Shown here: positions 9,145 through 18,786 of the stretch, piece after piece | Position numbering within the stretch: the stretch's first letter is position 1 | Layout of the letters: every line of letters starts with the position of its first letter | DNA from: Candidatus Omnitrophota bacterium | Lineage (GTDB): Bacteria; Omnitrophota; Gorgyraeia; 2-02-FULL-51-18 | DNA: 64,000 bases | Assembly: GCA_022072175.1 (NCBI GenBank) | Contig: JAJVIE010000003.1 | Span: 1,134,483 to 1,198,482, forward strand | Reading direction: 5' to 3' | The notes under the pieces: model-generated | Database searches by the model: none | Told to the model about the DNA's origin: nothing | The model's input: the letters and a program-made list of their open reading frames with translations, nothing else | Made by a program: the position numbers and the translations under genes

Positions 9145-10789
9145 GCGGACGCCGTTTGGAGAAGATGGTGTAGAGGTACGGAGCGGCCAGCGCCGCGTAC
9201 AGCACCTGCCTCAACCGCTTGACCAGGCTCAGCGCGATGCCATGGGCCGCGCTGCCGCTCGAATAGGCCGCCAGATACGCCAACCCCTGTTCCTGGGCCC
9301 CGAGATTGTGGGGGATGAAGAACGTCACGGTCTGCACCGCCTGCATCACCTGCTGGATCACGAAGGCCTGCGTCAGCGTGATCTCCACGCCGAAGATACG
9401 GAACACGAAATAGACCTCGAGCAGGAAAGCCGTCCATCCCAGAGCGTGCCACATCGAGGACCTCAGCAGGTCCCCGCGCCGTTCGTTGAGCAACGACCGC
9501 AGTTCCAAGCCCATGAAACCCTTGAGCCGGGCGACCTCCTCATCGGACAAGCTCGAGCCGATCCTCGCGGCCATGCCGGGCAGGAGCTTGGCCAACCCCT
9601 GCCCCGACCCCCACAGGAGCCCCACGTAGATCACCGAGAACACGGTGGCCGCGCCCCCCACCCACAGGATGGCCGCGTCCGCGCCGCGCGCCAGTACGAT
9701 ACCCAGCGCGACCAGCACCACGAGGATCTCGCTGGTGGCGTACACGAGACGGGCGAAACAGATCGCGCGCACGGATTCCTCGAGCGTGGCCAAGCCCTTC
9801 TTGTACACCAGGAGGACCTTGAGCGGCTCGCCTCCGATATCCACGAACGGCGTGATCTTGTTGAACGAATCCCCGGCCAGGAAGATCCCGTACAACCGGC
9901 CGAACGGAATGGAACGCCGCGTCCTCTCGGGAAAGAGGTCGTACAGACCGAGCGTGTACAGCAGGCCTGTCAGCGGGAACACGAGCATCACCAGTCCCAG
10001 GCCCAAGCCGCCCTTGGACAGCAGGCCTCCGACCTCGGACCATGTCACGCCCTTCAGCGCCGACCAGAAGAGCCACAACCCCAGACCCAGGGCCGCGGAC
10101 TTACCCGCCCACAGGAGCGTGCGTCCGGACGACCAGCCGGTCAGCCGCTCCCAATTGGTGACCAGCCGCGTGATCCAGAGGATGTTGATGTAACCGGCCC
10201 CGACCGCCAGGAAGCCGGCGACATTGAGCGTGAGGACCGCCAGCCAGGCCAGGACGATGGAATCGCCGTTGTGGCTGAGCGTATCAAGAAAGGAGAAGAA
10301 GAGGCTTTTCTTGCGTCCCTCGCTGACGCCGTCCGCATGATAGGACGTACTGCATCCGACCGCGCGCTCCCGAACGACGATCAGGGCATGGAGGATCGAT
10401 CCCAGTACGGCCGCGACGTAGAGCTCTTCGGCCGGGAAGTCCCTGAACATCGCGTAATGACGGACGCCGAAGTACGCGCCCGTCCAGAGCGACAGGTCCA
10501 CCAGCAGGTCCGAGAACAGGTCGTACCACTTACCGAAGCGGGTGCGCCAGTCCCGCAGCCGCGCCAGCTCTCCGTCGCAGTTGTCCAACAGGAACGACAA
10601 GTGCAGCCAGGCGACCCCCAAGAGCAGGCAGGTCTGCGTGCCGAACGACACCGTCGCTCCGGCGAACACGCCGCAGAGCAACGCCAGGGTCGTCACGAAG
10701 TTCGGGGACACGCCGGTGCGGGCCAAGAACCGCGTCAGGAGGCCGGAGATCTTGCGGTTGACCTGAAGATAGGGTCTAAGGTCTTTCAT
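9107..10789 (-). CDS. Fusion protein: N-terminal CDP-alcohol phosphatidyltransferase with a C-terminal flippase-like domain (UPF0104 / lysyl-PG-synthase-TM-like)
   Basis: N-terminus carries the CDP-OH transferase signature DNCDGELAR...G...D...D. The remaining ~380 aa are polytopic with glycine-rich helices, typical of the TIGR00374/UPF0104 flippase-like family. Confidence 0.75.
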   Translation of the reverse strand: MKDLRPYLQVNRKISGLLTRFLARTGVSPNFVTTLALLCGVFAGATVSFGTQTCLLLGVAWLHLSFLLDNCDGELARLRDWRTRFGKWYDLFSDLLVDLSLWTGAYFGVRHYAMFRDFPAEELYVAAVLGSILHALIVVRERAVGCSTSYHADGVSEGRKKSLFFSFLDTLSHNGDSIVLAWLAVLTLNVAGFLAVGAGYINILWITRLVTNWERLTGWSSGRTLLWAGKSAALGLGLWLFWSALKGVTWSEVGGLLSKGGLGLGLVMLVFPLTGLLYTLGLYDLFPERTRRSIPFGRLYGIFLAGDSFNKITPFVDIGGEPLKVLLVYKKGLATLEESVRAICFARLVYATSEILVVLVALGIVLARGADAAILWVGGAATVFSVIYVGLLWGSGQGLAKLLPGMAARIGSSLSDEEVARLKGFMGLELRSLLNERRGDLLRSSMWHALGWTAFLLEVYFVFRIFGVEITLTQAFVIQQVMQAVQTVTFFIPHNLGAQEQGLAYLAAYSSGSAAHGIALSLVKRLRQVLYAALAAPYLYTIFSKRRPLSGSSGTVRDRS

Positions 10790-10849
10790 CGCGGGGGTCG
10801 ACTCACGGGACTGAGGTTACCCCCTGAGCGCGAGGATGTCAATTTGGCA

Positions 10850-10885
10850 CAAAAAAAGACCCGCCCCGGCTGTCGGGGCGGGTCC
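10850..10885 (-). terminator. Rho-independent terminator downstream of the OMP gene
   Basis: Minus strand reads GACCCGCCCCGacagcCGGGGCGGGTC followed by TTTTTTTG. Perfect 11-bp stem plus T-run, immediately 3' of the stop at 10899. Confidence 0.8.
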
Positions 10886-10898
10886 GGGCGGCTCGAGG

Positions 10899-11456
10899 TC
10901 AGCCGAAGAGGTACTTGATGCCCCCGCCTACGGCCACGTAATCGAGATCGTCATTGGCGGTCGAACCGCTCGGCAGGTCGCCCGGGTCCGTCCAACTGGC
11001 CTCGAAGTTGAGCGCCCAGTTGGAGTTGACGAACCAATCGACGCCGCCGCCCAACTTCCAAGCGAAAGCCGAATCGTCGCGGTCATCACGGTCCTCGATG
11101 GACGCGTAACCCGAAGCGGCGCCGAGGCCGAGCACACCGTAAGGCACGAACTCCTGTCCCTCGATATGCCAGCGCAGGATCACGTCGCCCATGATGTTGG
11201 CGATACCGACCTCGCCGGGCTCGGACTCATGCTCGCCCTGCTGCCAACCACCCTCCACACCCAAGGCGATCCACGGGGTCACACCGTAAGACATATTGAG
11301 CCCCACATAGGCCGCATCATCGATGGAGTTGTCGTTGAACGCTCCTGCCACGTAGCCGCCCAGATCGACCTTCCCCACGCGGTCGGGCGCCGTAGCCAAG
11401 GCGCTACCGCTGATCCCGAACATCATGACCATGGCCAGAACCGAGATCTTTTTCAT
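10899..11456 (-). CDS. Small outer-membrane beta-barrel protein (OmpW/OmpA-TM-like)
   Basis: Signal peptide MKKISVLAMVMMFGISGSALA, alternating amphipathic strands, C-terminal ...YLFG. AT-rich promoter region at 11457-11517 and a G-rich RBS. Confidence 0.8.
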   Translation of the reverse strand: MKKISVLAMVMMFGISGSALATAPDRVGKVDLGGYVAGAFNDNSIDDAAYVGLNMSYGVTPWIALGVEGGWQQGEHESEPGEVGIANIMGDVILRWHIEGQEFVPYGVLGLGAASGYASIEDRDDRDDSAFAWKLGGGVDWFVNSNWALNFEASWTDPGDLPSGSTANDDLDYVAVGGGIKYLFG

Positions 11457-11517
11457 ACGACCCCCCCTGAGAAAGCGTTATTAAAAAATAACAATGACCA
11501 CGAACAATTTATCAAAA

Positions 11518-12711
11518 CTAAGCTTTTCCGTCAATCCTCGTCGTCGCCGGACGGCGGCTTTCCAGGTGATAGGTCAGTTCAGTGGGTGCGATATCCGCGA
11601 TCTGCAGGGATTCGGGTAGGGCAAAATCGGCCGGACCGAGCGTCAGCGTACCGGTCCTCCGGCGCACATGCTGGGCGTGCACGCGCACGCGGATATCCTC
11701 GGCGCTCAAGAAATAGAACTCCTTGCGGGGACCGGACAGCGTCACATCGACCCGCTCCGGCAGGATCGTGGCGCCCTTGAGGGCCGGAGGCAGCTCCAGG
11801 CGCGCGGCGGGGATCACGTAGGTGCGTTGGACGATACCGGCGCCGTGCACGTTGACGAACCAGAGCGAAGAAGACAACACCAGGGCGAGCATCTTCTCGG
11901 CCCAGTTGCGACGAACAAAACCCGCGAACGCCGAACGCGGGTCTTCCGGACGCACCCGCTCCAAATGCGCCCGGATACGCCGCTCGAGCACGCTGGCGTC
12001 CTCCGCCCGTTCGATGCGTCCGGCCTCGGCCATCGACAGCGTCCCTTTCTCTTCGGAGACCACTAGGCACAGCGCGTCGGACACTTCGGACAATCCCAGA
12101 GCGGCGGCATGCCGCGTACCCGACCGATCGAGCTGGGAGAGGCTCTTGGACAACGGTAGGTGCGCCGAGAACAGCGTCACGCGTCCGTCCTCGATGACGA
12201 TCGCCCCGTCATGCGATGGCGAGGTCGGCTCGAAGAGACTCTTGATCAACGGTTCGCTCAGCCGTCCGCCGAGCTCCACCCCACCCGTCAGGTGCCGTGA
12301 CAACAGATCGTTACCGCGCAGGACCACCAAAGCCCCGACACGCTCGCGCGCCAGATCGGCCAGCGTGCGCGCCAGGAGGACCGCGTCGGGCGAGCGGTCG
12401 CCCGTCGAGCGGCGCCGCCCGGGATGGAGCCCCCAGAGCGCGACCTGCTCGAAGAAATGCCTCAACTCCTCTTGAAAGAGGACCACCGCGGCGATCAGGA
12501 TGACCGTGAAGAAGGCCTGAAAAACGGCGGCCGTCATCCACAACTGGAACTGCCGCGCCAGAACGTAGACGACGCCCATGATGAGGATACCGATGAGCAC
12601 GAAAGCCGCCCGGGTGCGCTTGACCAGCACGAGGGCCGTGTAGATCAGGAGAGCCAGGATCAGGATATCGGCGGCACCGGACAGCATGGTCGGCTCCCAG
12701 GTCAGGTTCAT
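11518..12711 (-). CDS. cdaA: Diadenylate cyclase CdaA with fused C-terminal YbbR/CdaR-like domain
   Basis: Three N-terminal TM helices. DAC domain motifs HDGAIVI and TRHAAALGLSE. About 200 extra C-terminal residues are beta-rich and YbbR-like. The chosen Met (MNLTWEPT) gives an ATGA overlap with the NUDIX stop. An alternative Met lies 24 nt downstream. Confidence 0.85.
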   Translation of the reverse strand: MNLTWEPTMLSGAADILILALLIYTALVLVKRTRAAFVLIGILIMGVVYVLARQFQLWMTAAVFQAFFTVILIAAVVLFQEELRHFFEQVALWGLHPGRRRSTGDRSPDAVLLARTLADLARERVGALVVLRGNDLLSRHLTGGVELGGRLSEPLIKSLFEPTSPSHDGAIVIEDGRVTLFSAHLPLSKSLSQLDRSGTRHAAALGLSEVSDALCLVVSEEKGTLSMAEAGRIERAEDASVLERRIRAHLERVRPEDPRSAFAGFVRRNWAEKMLALVLSSSLWFVNVHGAGIVQRTYVIPAARLELPPALKGATILPERVDVTLSGPRKEFYFLSAEDIRVRVHAQHVRRRTGTLTLGPADFALPESLQIADIAPTELTYHLESRRPATTRIDGKA

Positions 12712-13283
12712 CGCCGGGGACCCGGCCAAGACAACCCCAAGAGCGAGGCGGTCTTGACGAGCGCGACGATGCTCTGCCCGTCGGACAATACCCCCGAACG
12801 GAGCATCCGCGCCAACTCCGCCCAAGGGACGAAGCGCAAGTCGCTGATGCCTTCGGCGGCGGAGCCGTCCGGACGCGGAGCGTGCTCGAGGTCCTTCGCC
12901 AGATAGGCGTAGGACAGTTCCCCGGAAAGGCCGTTGACCGTCTGCCAAACGCCCGCGCTCCTCCAGGAGCGGGCGCTCAAACCCGTCTCTTCGAACAGCT
13001 CCCGACGGGCCGCGCGCAGAGGGGGCTGTCCTTCGGAGTTGCCTCCGGGCAGTTCCCACGAATCGCGGTCCGTCGGATAACGATGGATGCGGATGAGCCC
13101 GACCCGGGAACGCTCGTCGAGAGCGACCACGAAGACCGAAGGCCCCCGCGTCTCGATGACGTAGTACGCGCCGGGGCGGCCGTCGGGACGGCGGATACGG
13201 TCACGCCGGACGTGGTACCAGGGATTACGATGGACGACGCGTGAACCCAGGCGCAGCCAGGGTCCGCGGCGCTCAGTTGCCAT
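12708..13283 (-). CDS. NUDIX hydrolase
   Basis: Nudix box ELPGGNSEGQPPLRAARRELFEETG. Overlaps the glpX stop by 11 nt. Confidence 0.85.
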   Translation of the reverse strand: MATERRGPWLRLGSRVVHRNPWYHVRRDRIRRPDGRPGAYYVIETRGPSVFVVALDERSRVGLIRIHRYPTDRDSWELPGGNSEGQPPLRAARRELFEETGLSARSWRSAGVWQTVNGLSGELSYAYLAKDLEHAPRPDGSAAEGISDLRFVPWAELARMLRSGVLSDGQSIVALVKTASLLGLSWPGPRR

Positions 13284-14187
13284 GATAGACGGTGAACCAG
13301 CGGACCGTACCGCTGGTGGAGCGCATGAACACGCTGTGCGTGACCGGGCCGCGCGTCGTGTACCGGACCCCGCGCAGCAAACTGCCGTCGGTGATGCCGG
13401 TGGCGGCGAACGCGCACTCGCTCCTCACCAGGTCATGGAGCTCGTAGACCCTGGGCTCCGTGCCGCCGTCCTTGCGGACGATCTGGGTCTGCATGTCCCC
13501 TTTGAGGCACTTGATCGCGCAGGCCGCCAGAACCGCCTCGGGCGAGCCGCCGATACCGACGAGCAGGTCGATACCGCTCTCCTCCTGACAGGTCGCGATG
13601 GCCGCCGACACGTCGCAGTCCTGGATGAGCTTGATGCGCACGCCCAGCGACCGGAGCTCCGCGATGAGCTTCTCATGACGCGGCCGGTCGAGCACGCACA
13701 CGAGGATGCGGCCCCGGTCCTTGCCGGTGGCCTTGCTGACCAGGTCGACGGTGCGCGACAAAGGATCGGTGATGGAGAGCTTCGTCTTGGCCGCGATCTC
13801 CGGGCCATAGGCGAGCTTGTTCATGTAGAACTCCGCCGTGGAGAACAGCGCGTCCTTTTCGGCCACGGCCAGCACGCTCAACGCCTCGGGCCCCGAGTGC
13901 GCCGTAGGCCGCGTCCCCTCGATCGGGTCGACAGCCAGATCATAGACCTTCGCGGACGGGTTGCCGAGGTCCCCGACCACCTCTCCGGCGAAAAGACCGG
14001 GGCTCTCGTCCTTGATCCCCTCTCCGATGACGACGCGGCCCTTGAAATCCATCGTGTCCAGACGCTTGCGCATCGCGTCCGTCGCGGCCTGGTCGGCCGC
14101 TTTCTTGTCGCCGCTGCCCACCCACGCCGAGGCCGAGATCGCCGCGGCTTCCGTCACACGCACCATGTCGAGATTGATATGTTTCAC
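13273..14187 (-). CDS. glpX: Class II fructose-1,6-bisphosphatase
   Basis: 304 aa, MKHINLDMVRVTEAAAISASAWVGSGDKKAADQAA. Canonical GlpX N-terminus and length. Confidence 0.95.
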   Translation of the reverse strand: MKHINLDMVRVTEAAAISASAWVGSGDKKAADQAATDAMRKRLDTMDFKGRVVIGEGIKDESPGLFAGEVVGDLGNPSAKVYDLAVDPIEGTRPTAHSGPEALSVLAVAEKDALFSTAEFYMNKLAYGPEIAAKTKLSITDPLSRTVDLVSKATGKDRGRILVCVLDRPRHEKLIAELRSLGVRIKLIQDCDVSAAIATCQEESGIDLLVGIGGSPEAVLAACAIKCLKGDMQTQIVRKDGGTEPRVYELHDLVRSECAFAATGITDGSLLRGVRYTTRGPVTHSVFMRSTSGTVRWFTVYHGN

Positions 14188-14219
14188 GTAAGCCCTCGGG
14201 GTTGATGGGGCTTATCTTA

Positions 14220-15701
14220 TCACGAAGCTCCGCCGACCGCCTCCAGTGCCGCGGCGATCTCCGTCGTCGACGACGGCGCCGGGCGTCCAAGACCGTAGTA
14301 GACGACCGGTACGCGCGCGTCGTAGGCATAAGGCGTTCCGTGCGAAGCGCGGGTGTTCTTCTCCGAGGAACGCACGAGGATCGTGCCGGGACGCTGCAGC
14401 AGGTACACATCGCCTCCGGCCGACGGCGCCAGCGAGCGGCGCGCATGACGGGGACCCTGTCCGGCCAAAAGGTCGCTGGCGGTATAGGCGTTGCGGAGCC
14501 TGCCGTCCCTGCGCAGATACCGCACCGCCTCGCGCGCGGCCTCGCCAGGGTCCGCTCCCACAGCGGACAAGGCCGTCCGGTCCAGATAGATCAACGGCCC
14601 GGCCCAACCCCGCACGGCTCTCCCGACCCCGTAACGCGCCTTCAAGTACCCATCGAGGTCCGCCGCTATTCGATCTCCGTCCACCCTGTCGGATGGCTCG
14701 ACGGCTCTTGAGAAACCATGGTCGGAAGTCAGCGCCAACACGTAGCCGGACGGCCCCGCCGTACCCTCGAGAACCTCGATGAGTTCCGCCAGATGGATCG
14801 ACAACCTCCTCAGCACCCACGCCGACTCCGGACTTTCCGGGCCCCACCGGTGATTGGCGGCATCGAGCGCTGAAAACCCGACAGCCAGAACGTCCGTCCT
14901 CCCGCTCCCGGCGCCGATGCCGGTGGATGCGATCAGCTCCCGGACGAAAGCCAGCGTCGCCTCGTCCCGCGTGAGGATGTTGGACCTCCAGCGGGAACGA
15001 CGCGCTCCCGGGGCGGCCCGCTCGCTCCTAGCGTAGTAACGCCTCCACCATGCGGGGTAATCGTGGCGATAGTAGCGGCTCGTAACGAACCGCGCGCTGC
15101 GATCGCTGAAGAAGTACGCCTCACCCCGCCGGCCGGCCAGCAACACGGCCGACCGGTCCTTGGCGGCCACCGCGTAATACAACGTCTCCGGGCGCGAGGC
15201 CTTCCAGCGGTCGCCGAACGTGTCGGCGAGCAGATGCTTGGGAGAGATCCCGGAGCGGTCCTTGAGACGATCCCCCAAGACCGGATAAGCGCTATCCTCG
15301 ACACAGTAGACCTTGTGTCCGGAGGCGGGGTCGATCCATGAGTTGGCGCAGACGCCGTGCGTGGAGGGATGGACGCCCGTGGCCAACGTCGCGTGTCCGG
15401 GGGCCGTATACGTGGCCGCGTACCCGTAACTCGCGCGGCCGTTGACCGACGAAGCCGCCAGGAGCTTTCTAAGAGACCGAGGCGCGGAAGGGCCTGAAAA
15501 CTCCGAGAACTGACGTGAGGTAAGTCCGTCGATCACGATCAAAACCGCAAGCCGGGGCGGCATCGAAGCGGCCGGTGCCTCGACGAGCGATCGAGCGGCC
15601 GGAGCGGCTGAACCGGCCGTAATGAGACCCATCAGCGGGACGATCAGGCTGAGACGAACGACGTTGGACCGGATGCACCATGGCTTCACCTCGCTTTCCA
15701 C
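14220..15701 (-). CDS. Secreted alkaline-phosphatase-superfamily nucleotide pyrophosphatase/phosphodiesterase (ENPP-like)
   Basis: Signal peptide. Motifs VIDGLTSRQF and TYTAPGHATLATGVHPSTHGV match type I phosphodiesterase (PF01663-like) metal and catalytic Thr sites. Confidence 0.75.
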   Translation of the reverse strand: MESEVKPWCIRSNVVRLSLIVPLMGLITAGSAAPAARSLVEAPAASMPPRLAVLIVIDGLTSRQFSEFSGPSAPRSLRKLLAASSVNGRASYGYAATYTAPGHATLATGVHPSTHGVCANSWIDPASGHKVYCVEDSAYPVLGDRLKDRSGISPKHLLADTFGDRWKASRPETLYYAVAAKDRSAVLLAGRRGEAYFFSDRSARFVTSRYYRHDYPAWWRRYYARSERAAPGARRSRWRSNILTRDEATLAFVRELIASTGIGAGSGRTDVLAVGFSALDAANHRWGPESPESAWVLRRLSIHLAELIEVLEGTAGPSGYVLALTSDHGFSRAVEPSDRVDGDRIAADLDGYLKARYGVGRAVRGWAGPLIYLDRTALSAVGADPGEAAREAVRYLRRDGRLRNAYTASDLLAGQGPRHARRSLAPSAGGDVYLLQRPGTILVRSSEKNTRASHGTPYAYDARVPVVYYGLGRPAPSSTTEIAAALEAVGGAS

Positions 15702-15744
15702 GATGATCTCAGTCTAGCGCCGTTCCATGAAGATAGGATGAAGC

Positions 15745-16179
15745 TCATTCCTTACGCGGAGCGACCTTGGGCCACTCGGCATCGGGGTCCTCCTGGCGGG
15801 CTTCGAGGTAAGCAACGACGTCCGCCAACTGCCGGACGGTCATGACCTCGGAGAAGTTACGCATCGGGGACAGCCCGTTCTCAGCGGGCGCGAATCCTGG
15901 AGCGAACTCATGGGACGGGCGCGTGATGGCCAAGACCAGCTCTTGACGGGTCCGCACGGCATTGAGCCCGCCCAGCACTGGGGCCGGTACGCCCGAGATC
16001 GGCTCCGGCAGGTCCGCGTCCCCCAACACCCGGTGACAGGCGGAACACTGCAATCTCTTGAACGCCGCGCGTCCGGCCAGAGGGTTGCCGTCCACCGGGA
16101 CGGTCAGTACCGGCTCCTCGGCCGCCGCCGACAAGCACAACAACAATGAACCCACAAGACAGGACGTAGCGGTCTTCAT
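15745..16179 (-). CDS. Mono-haem c-type cytochrome (exported)
   Basis: Signal peptide MKTATSCLVGSLLLCLSAAA, haem motif CSACH. Confidence 0.7.
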   Translation of the reverse strand: MKTATSCLVGSLLLCLSAAAEEPVLTVPVDGNPLAGRAAFKRLQCSACHRVLGDADLPEPISGVPAPVLGGLNAVRTRQELVLAITRPSHEFAPGFAPAENGLSPMRNFSEVMTVRQLADVVAYLEARQEDPDAEWPKVAPRKE

Positions 16180-16202
16180 GACCGACCCCCTCTGGATCGA
16201 GC

Positions 16203-17390
16203 TTACTCCCCGGCGGCGGGCGGGGCCGTGACGGAGGTCACGCCCTGTGAGCCTTCTTCCTGAGAGGCGGCGGAGGGCGCCTCGGCCAGCAGCGCGTCGA
16301 GAAAATCCTGCTGGATAGGGCTTCCGAGTTGTTTGGCGCGCTGGGCATCCTCCAAGCTCTTGGCGTACTCGCCCTTGGCGAAGTAGGCGACGGCCCGGTT
16401 GTGATAGGCCTTCGCGTACTGGGGATCGATCTCGATGGCACGGCTGAAGTCCGCCACGGCCCTGTCGTCATCTCCCAGACGACCGTAAGTGACGCCTCTG
16501 TTGAAATACGCCCGCGCGTAGCCAGGGTCGGCCGTCACCGCCTCGGTGAAATCCGCGATCGCACGGTCGTTCTCGCCGATGGCCTGACGGGACAGGCCTC
16601 TGTTGTTGTAGGACCCCGCGAGGTTGGGGTTGATCTCGAGGGCTTTATTGAAGTCCCGGATCGCGCGGTCGTGTTGATCGAGCTTGGCGTAAGCGCGGCC
16701 GCGCGCGTGGTGCGACTCGGCGTCCGCCGGCGACAGCTCGATGGCGCGCGAGAGGTCGGCCAGCGCCGAGGCCGCCTCGCCCATCTCCAACCGGCAGTAG
16801 CCGCGGTTGAAATACGCGTCGGCGTCGGTCGGGTCCGACTCGATCTGGCGCGTGTAGTCGATGATCGCGTAGCCGTAGTCGCCCATCTCGGCGTAAGCGG
16901 CCGCGCGCGTCGAGCGGATCTGCGGGTAGTTCGGGTCCAGCTCGATGACCCGGCCGAAATCCTTGACCGCGTCCTCCAGGTCGCCCCGCAACTGGCGGGC
17001 CACGCCCCGATGGAAAAGCGCTTTGGCGCGGTCGGGTTCGAGCTCGAGAGTCTTGTTATAGTCCGCGATGGCCCGGTCCAGCCGGCCGGATTTCAGATGG
17101 CAATACCCGCGGTTGTTGTAGGCCTCGGCCGTCGGCGCGCTCTCGATCACCCGGTCCAGCAACCGCGTCGCGCCGGCATAGTCCCCCGCCGTCCCGGCGA
17201 CGAGCGCCCTCCGGTGGAGCTGTTCCGGCGACTCCGCGGAACAGCCGCTGAGGATCACGCCGCAAAGGCATACGGCCGTCAGCAGCGTTCTTTTCGAGCG
17301 CTCTGCCGGCACTTCTACGATGAGACCGGGCGAGGAGGTCATGCTTTCATTGTAGTCGAGCCCCGGTTCCAAGGAAAGGCGTCTGCTCAT
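16203..17390 (-). CDS. TPR-repeat lipoprotein
   Basis: Lipobox LSGC after a hydrophobic stretch, then at least 8 TPR repeats (AYNNRGY..., AYFNRGV..., etc.). An ATGA overlap with the upstream hydrolase stop occurs if Met1 is used. An alternative start at Met17 is 17342. Confidence 0.8.
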   Translation of the reverse strand: MSRRLSLEPGLDYNESMTSSPGLIVEVPAERSKRTLLTAVCLCGVILSGCSAESPEQLHRRALVAGTAGDYAGATRLLDRVIESAPTAEAYNNRGYCHLKSGRLDRAIADYNKTLELEPDRAKALFHRGVARQLRGDLEDAVKDFGRVIELDPNYPQIRSTRAAAYAEMGDYGYAIIDYTRQIESDPTDADAYFNRGYCRLEMGEAASALADLSRAIELSPADAESHHARGRAYAKLDQHDRAIRDFNKALEINPNLAGSYNNRGLSRQAIGENDRAIADFTEAVTADPGYARAYFNRGVTYGRLGDDDRAVADFSRAIEIDPQYAKAYHNRAVAYFAKGEYAKSLEDAQRAKQLGSPIQQDFLDALLAEAPSAASQEEGSQGVTSVTAPPAAGE

Positions 17391-18232
17391 TCTCGGAGCA
17401 CCGATCGGACCCAGGCGGAGACCCCGTCCCGGTATTCGGGCCTCCCGTCGGGTACCGCGTGCGGGCCGCCGATCTCAAGGAAGGTCGCCCGGCCGGAAGG
17501 AGCGGCCTCGAACAGACGGCGCCCCTCCCCGTACGGGACCACGTCGTCCTCGCGGCTGTGCACGATGAGCGCCGGACTGCGCAGGAGCCCGATCTTGGAC
17601 AGGTTGTCATAACGGTATTTCAGGAAGAGGTCCACCGGCGCCCAAGGATACAAGCGCAGGGCCATGCTCCGGATGGAGCTGAAGGCCCCCTCCAGCACGA
17701 CGCCCGCGGACCCCCGCTCGACCGCCAGGTCCAGAGCGATGGCCGCGCCGAGCGACCGCCCCCAGATCAGGATCCGCTCCGGACGATGCCCTTTGACCTC
17801 CGTCAGGTATGCCCATGCCGAGCGCGCGTCCAGATAGGTCCCCTCTTCGTCGGGCTTGCCCTCACTGCGCCCGTAGCCGCGATAGTCGAAATACAGCGTA
17901 TCGAGCCCCATCGCGCGGAACAGCTTGAGCGAATCGACGTCGCCGGAGATGTTGCGCGCGTTGCCGTGGCAGAAGAGGACCGCTCCGCGGGACGCGCCCG
18001 GAGCGGGCACGTACCACGCCGACAACTCCGTTCCGTCGGCGCTCCGGAACCGCACATCCTCGTAGACGAACCCGAGGTCGGCCGGGGTCGCGGTCCACTC
18101 CCGGGTCGGATGATACAGGTGCGAGGCTTGATCCAGCGCCAGGCCGCCGACCTTGGCGCCGTAGACGCAGGCCAGGACCCCGGCTGTCAGGAGGAGCGGG
18201 ACAAGACTCGAGGAGCGGCGGGGACGGCTCAA
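17387..18232 (-). CDS. Alpha/beta-fold hydrolase
   Basis: Signal/TM N-terminus, HGNARN oxyanion region, GRSLG nucleophile elbow, and a downstream Asp/His. Confidence 0.8.
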   Translation of the reverse strand: MSRPRRSSSLVPLLLTAGVLACVYGAKVGGLALDQASHLYHPTREWTATPADLGFVYEDVRFRSADGTELSAWYVPAPGASRGAVLFCHGNARNISGDVDSLKLFRAMGLDTLYFDYRGYGRSEGKPDEEGTYLDARSAWAYLTEVKGHRPERILIWGRSLGAAIALDLAVERGSAGVVLEGAFSSIRSMALRLYPWAPVDLFLKYRYDNLSKIGLLRSPALIVHSREDDVVPYGEGRRLFEAAPSGRATFLEIGGPHAVPDGRPEYRDGVSAWVRSVLRE

Positions 18233-18786
18233 GGTCCGATCAGCACCGGAGTACCGACATCGACACGGTCGTACAGCTCCGCGACGTCCTCGTTCGTCAT
18301 CCGGATACAGCCGTTGGAGGCGGGCTTGCCGATCAGCCCTTCACTGGGAGTGCCGTGGATATAGATGAGCCGGCGGAAAGAATCGATACGACCGCCACGG
18401 TTCACGCCCCGCTCGAGCCCCTCGAGCCACAGGATGCGCGTGGTCACCAGATCCTCGGGAGCGCCCTTGGACGTGCGGTCGATCCGCGCGCGGACGCGGG
18501 TGTTCACCCGGTTGCGGAAAACGGTGTTGAGGGGCGCTCCGCCTCCGATCTTACGGGCGATGCGGTGGCGTCCGAGCGGGGTCTTGAGACTGCCGAGCTT
18601 GTTGCCCGTGCCGTACTTGGAGGTCGAGATCGGGTAGGTTCGCACGGCCCGACGGCCTTCGTAGAGCGTCATCGTCTGCGCCGAGACGCTGACCTTGAGC
18701 GAGAGTCCAGGACGCTCGGCGGCGGTCGCGGCGGCAGGTTGGACCGCCAGCGCGGCGACTACGACGGCCGTGAGCGCTCTCTTCAC
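18229..18786 (-). CDS. L,D-transpeptidase (YkuD domain)
   Basis: Signal peptide. Catalytic motif IHGT...SNGCIRM. Confidence 0.85.
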   Translation of the reverse strand: MKRALTAVVVAALAVQPAAATAAERPGLSLKVSVSAQTMTLYEGRRAVRTYPISTSKYGTGNKLGSLKTPLGRHRIARKIGGGAPLNTVFRNRVNTRVRARIDRTSKGAPEDLVTTRILWLEGLERGVNRGGRIDSFRRLIYIHGTPSEGLIGKPASNGCIRMTNEDVAELYDRVDVGTPVLIGP

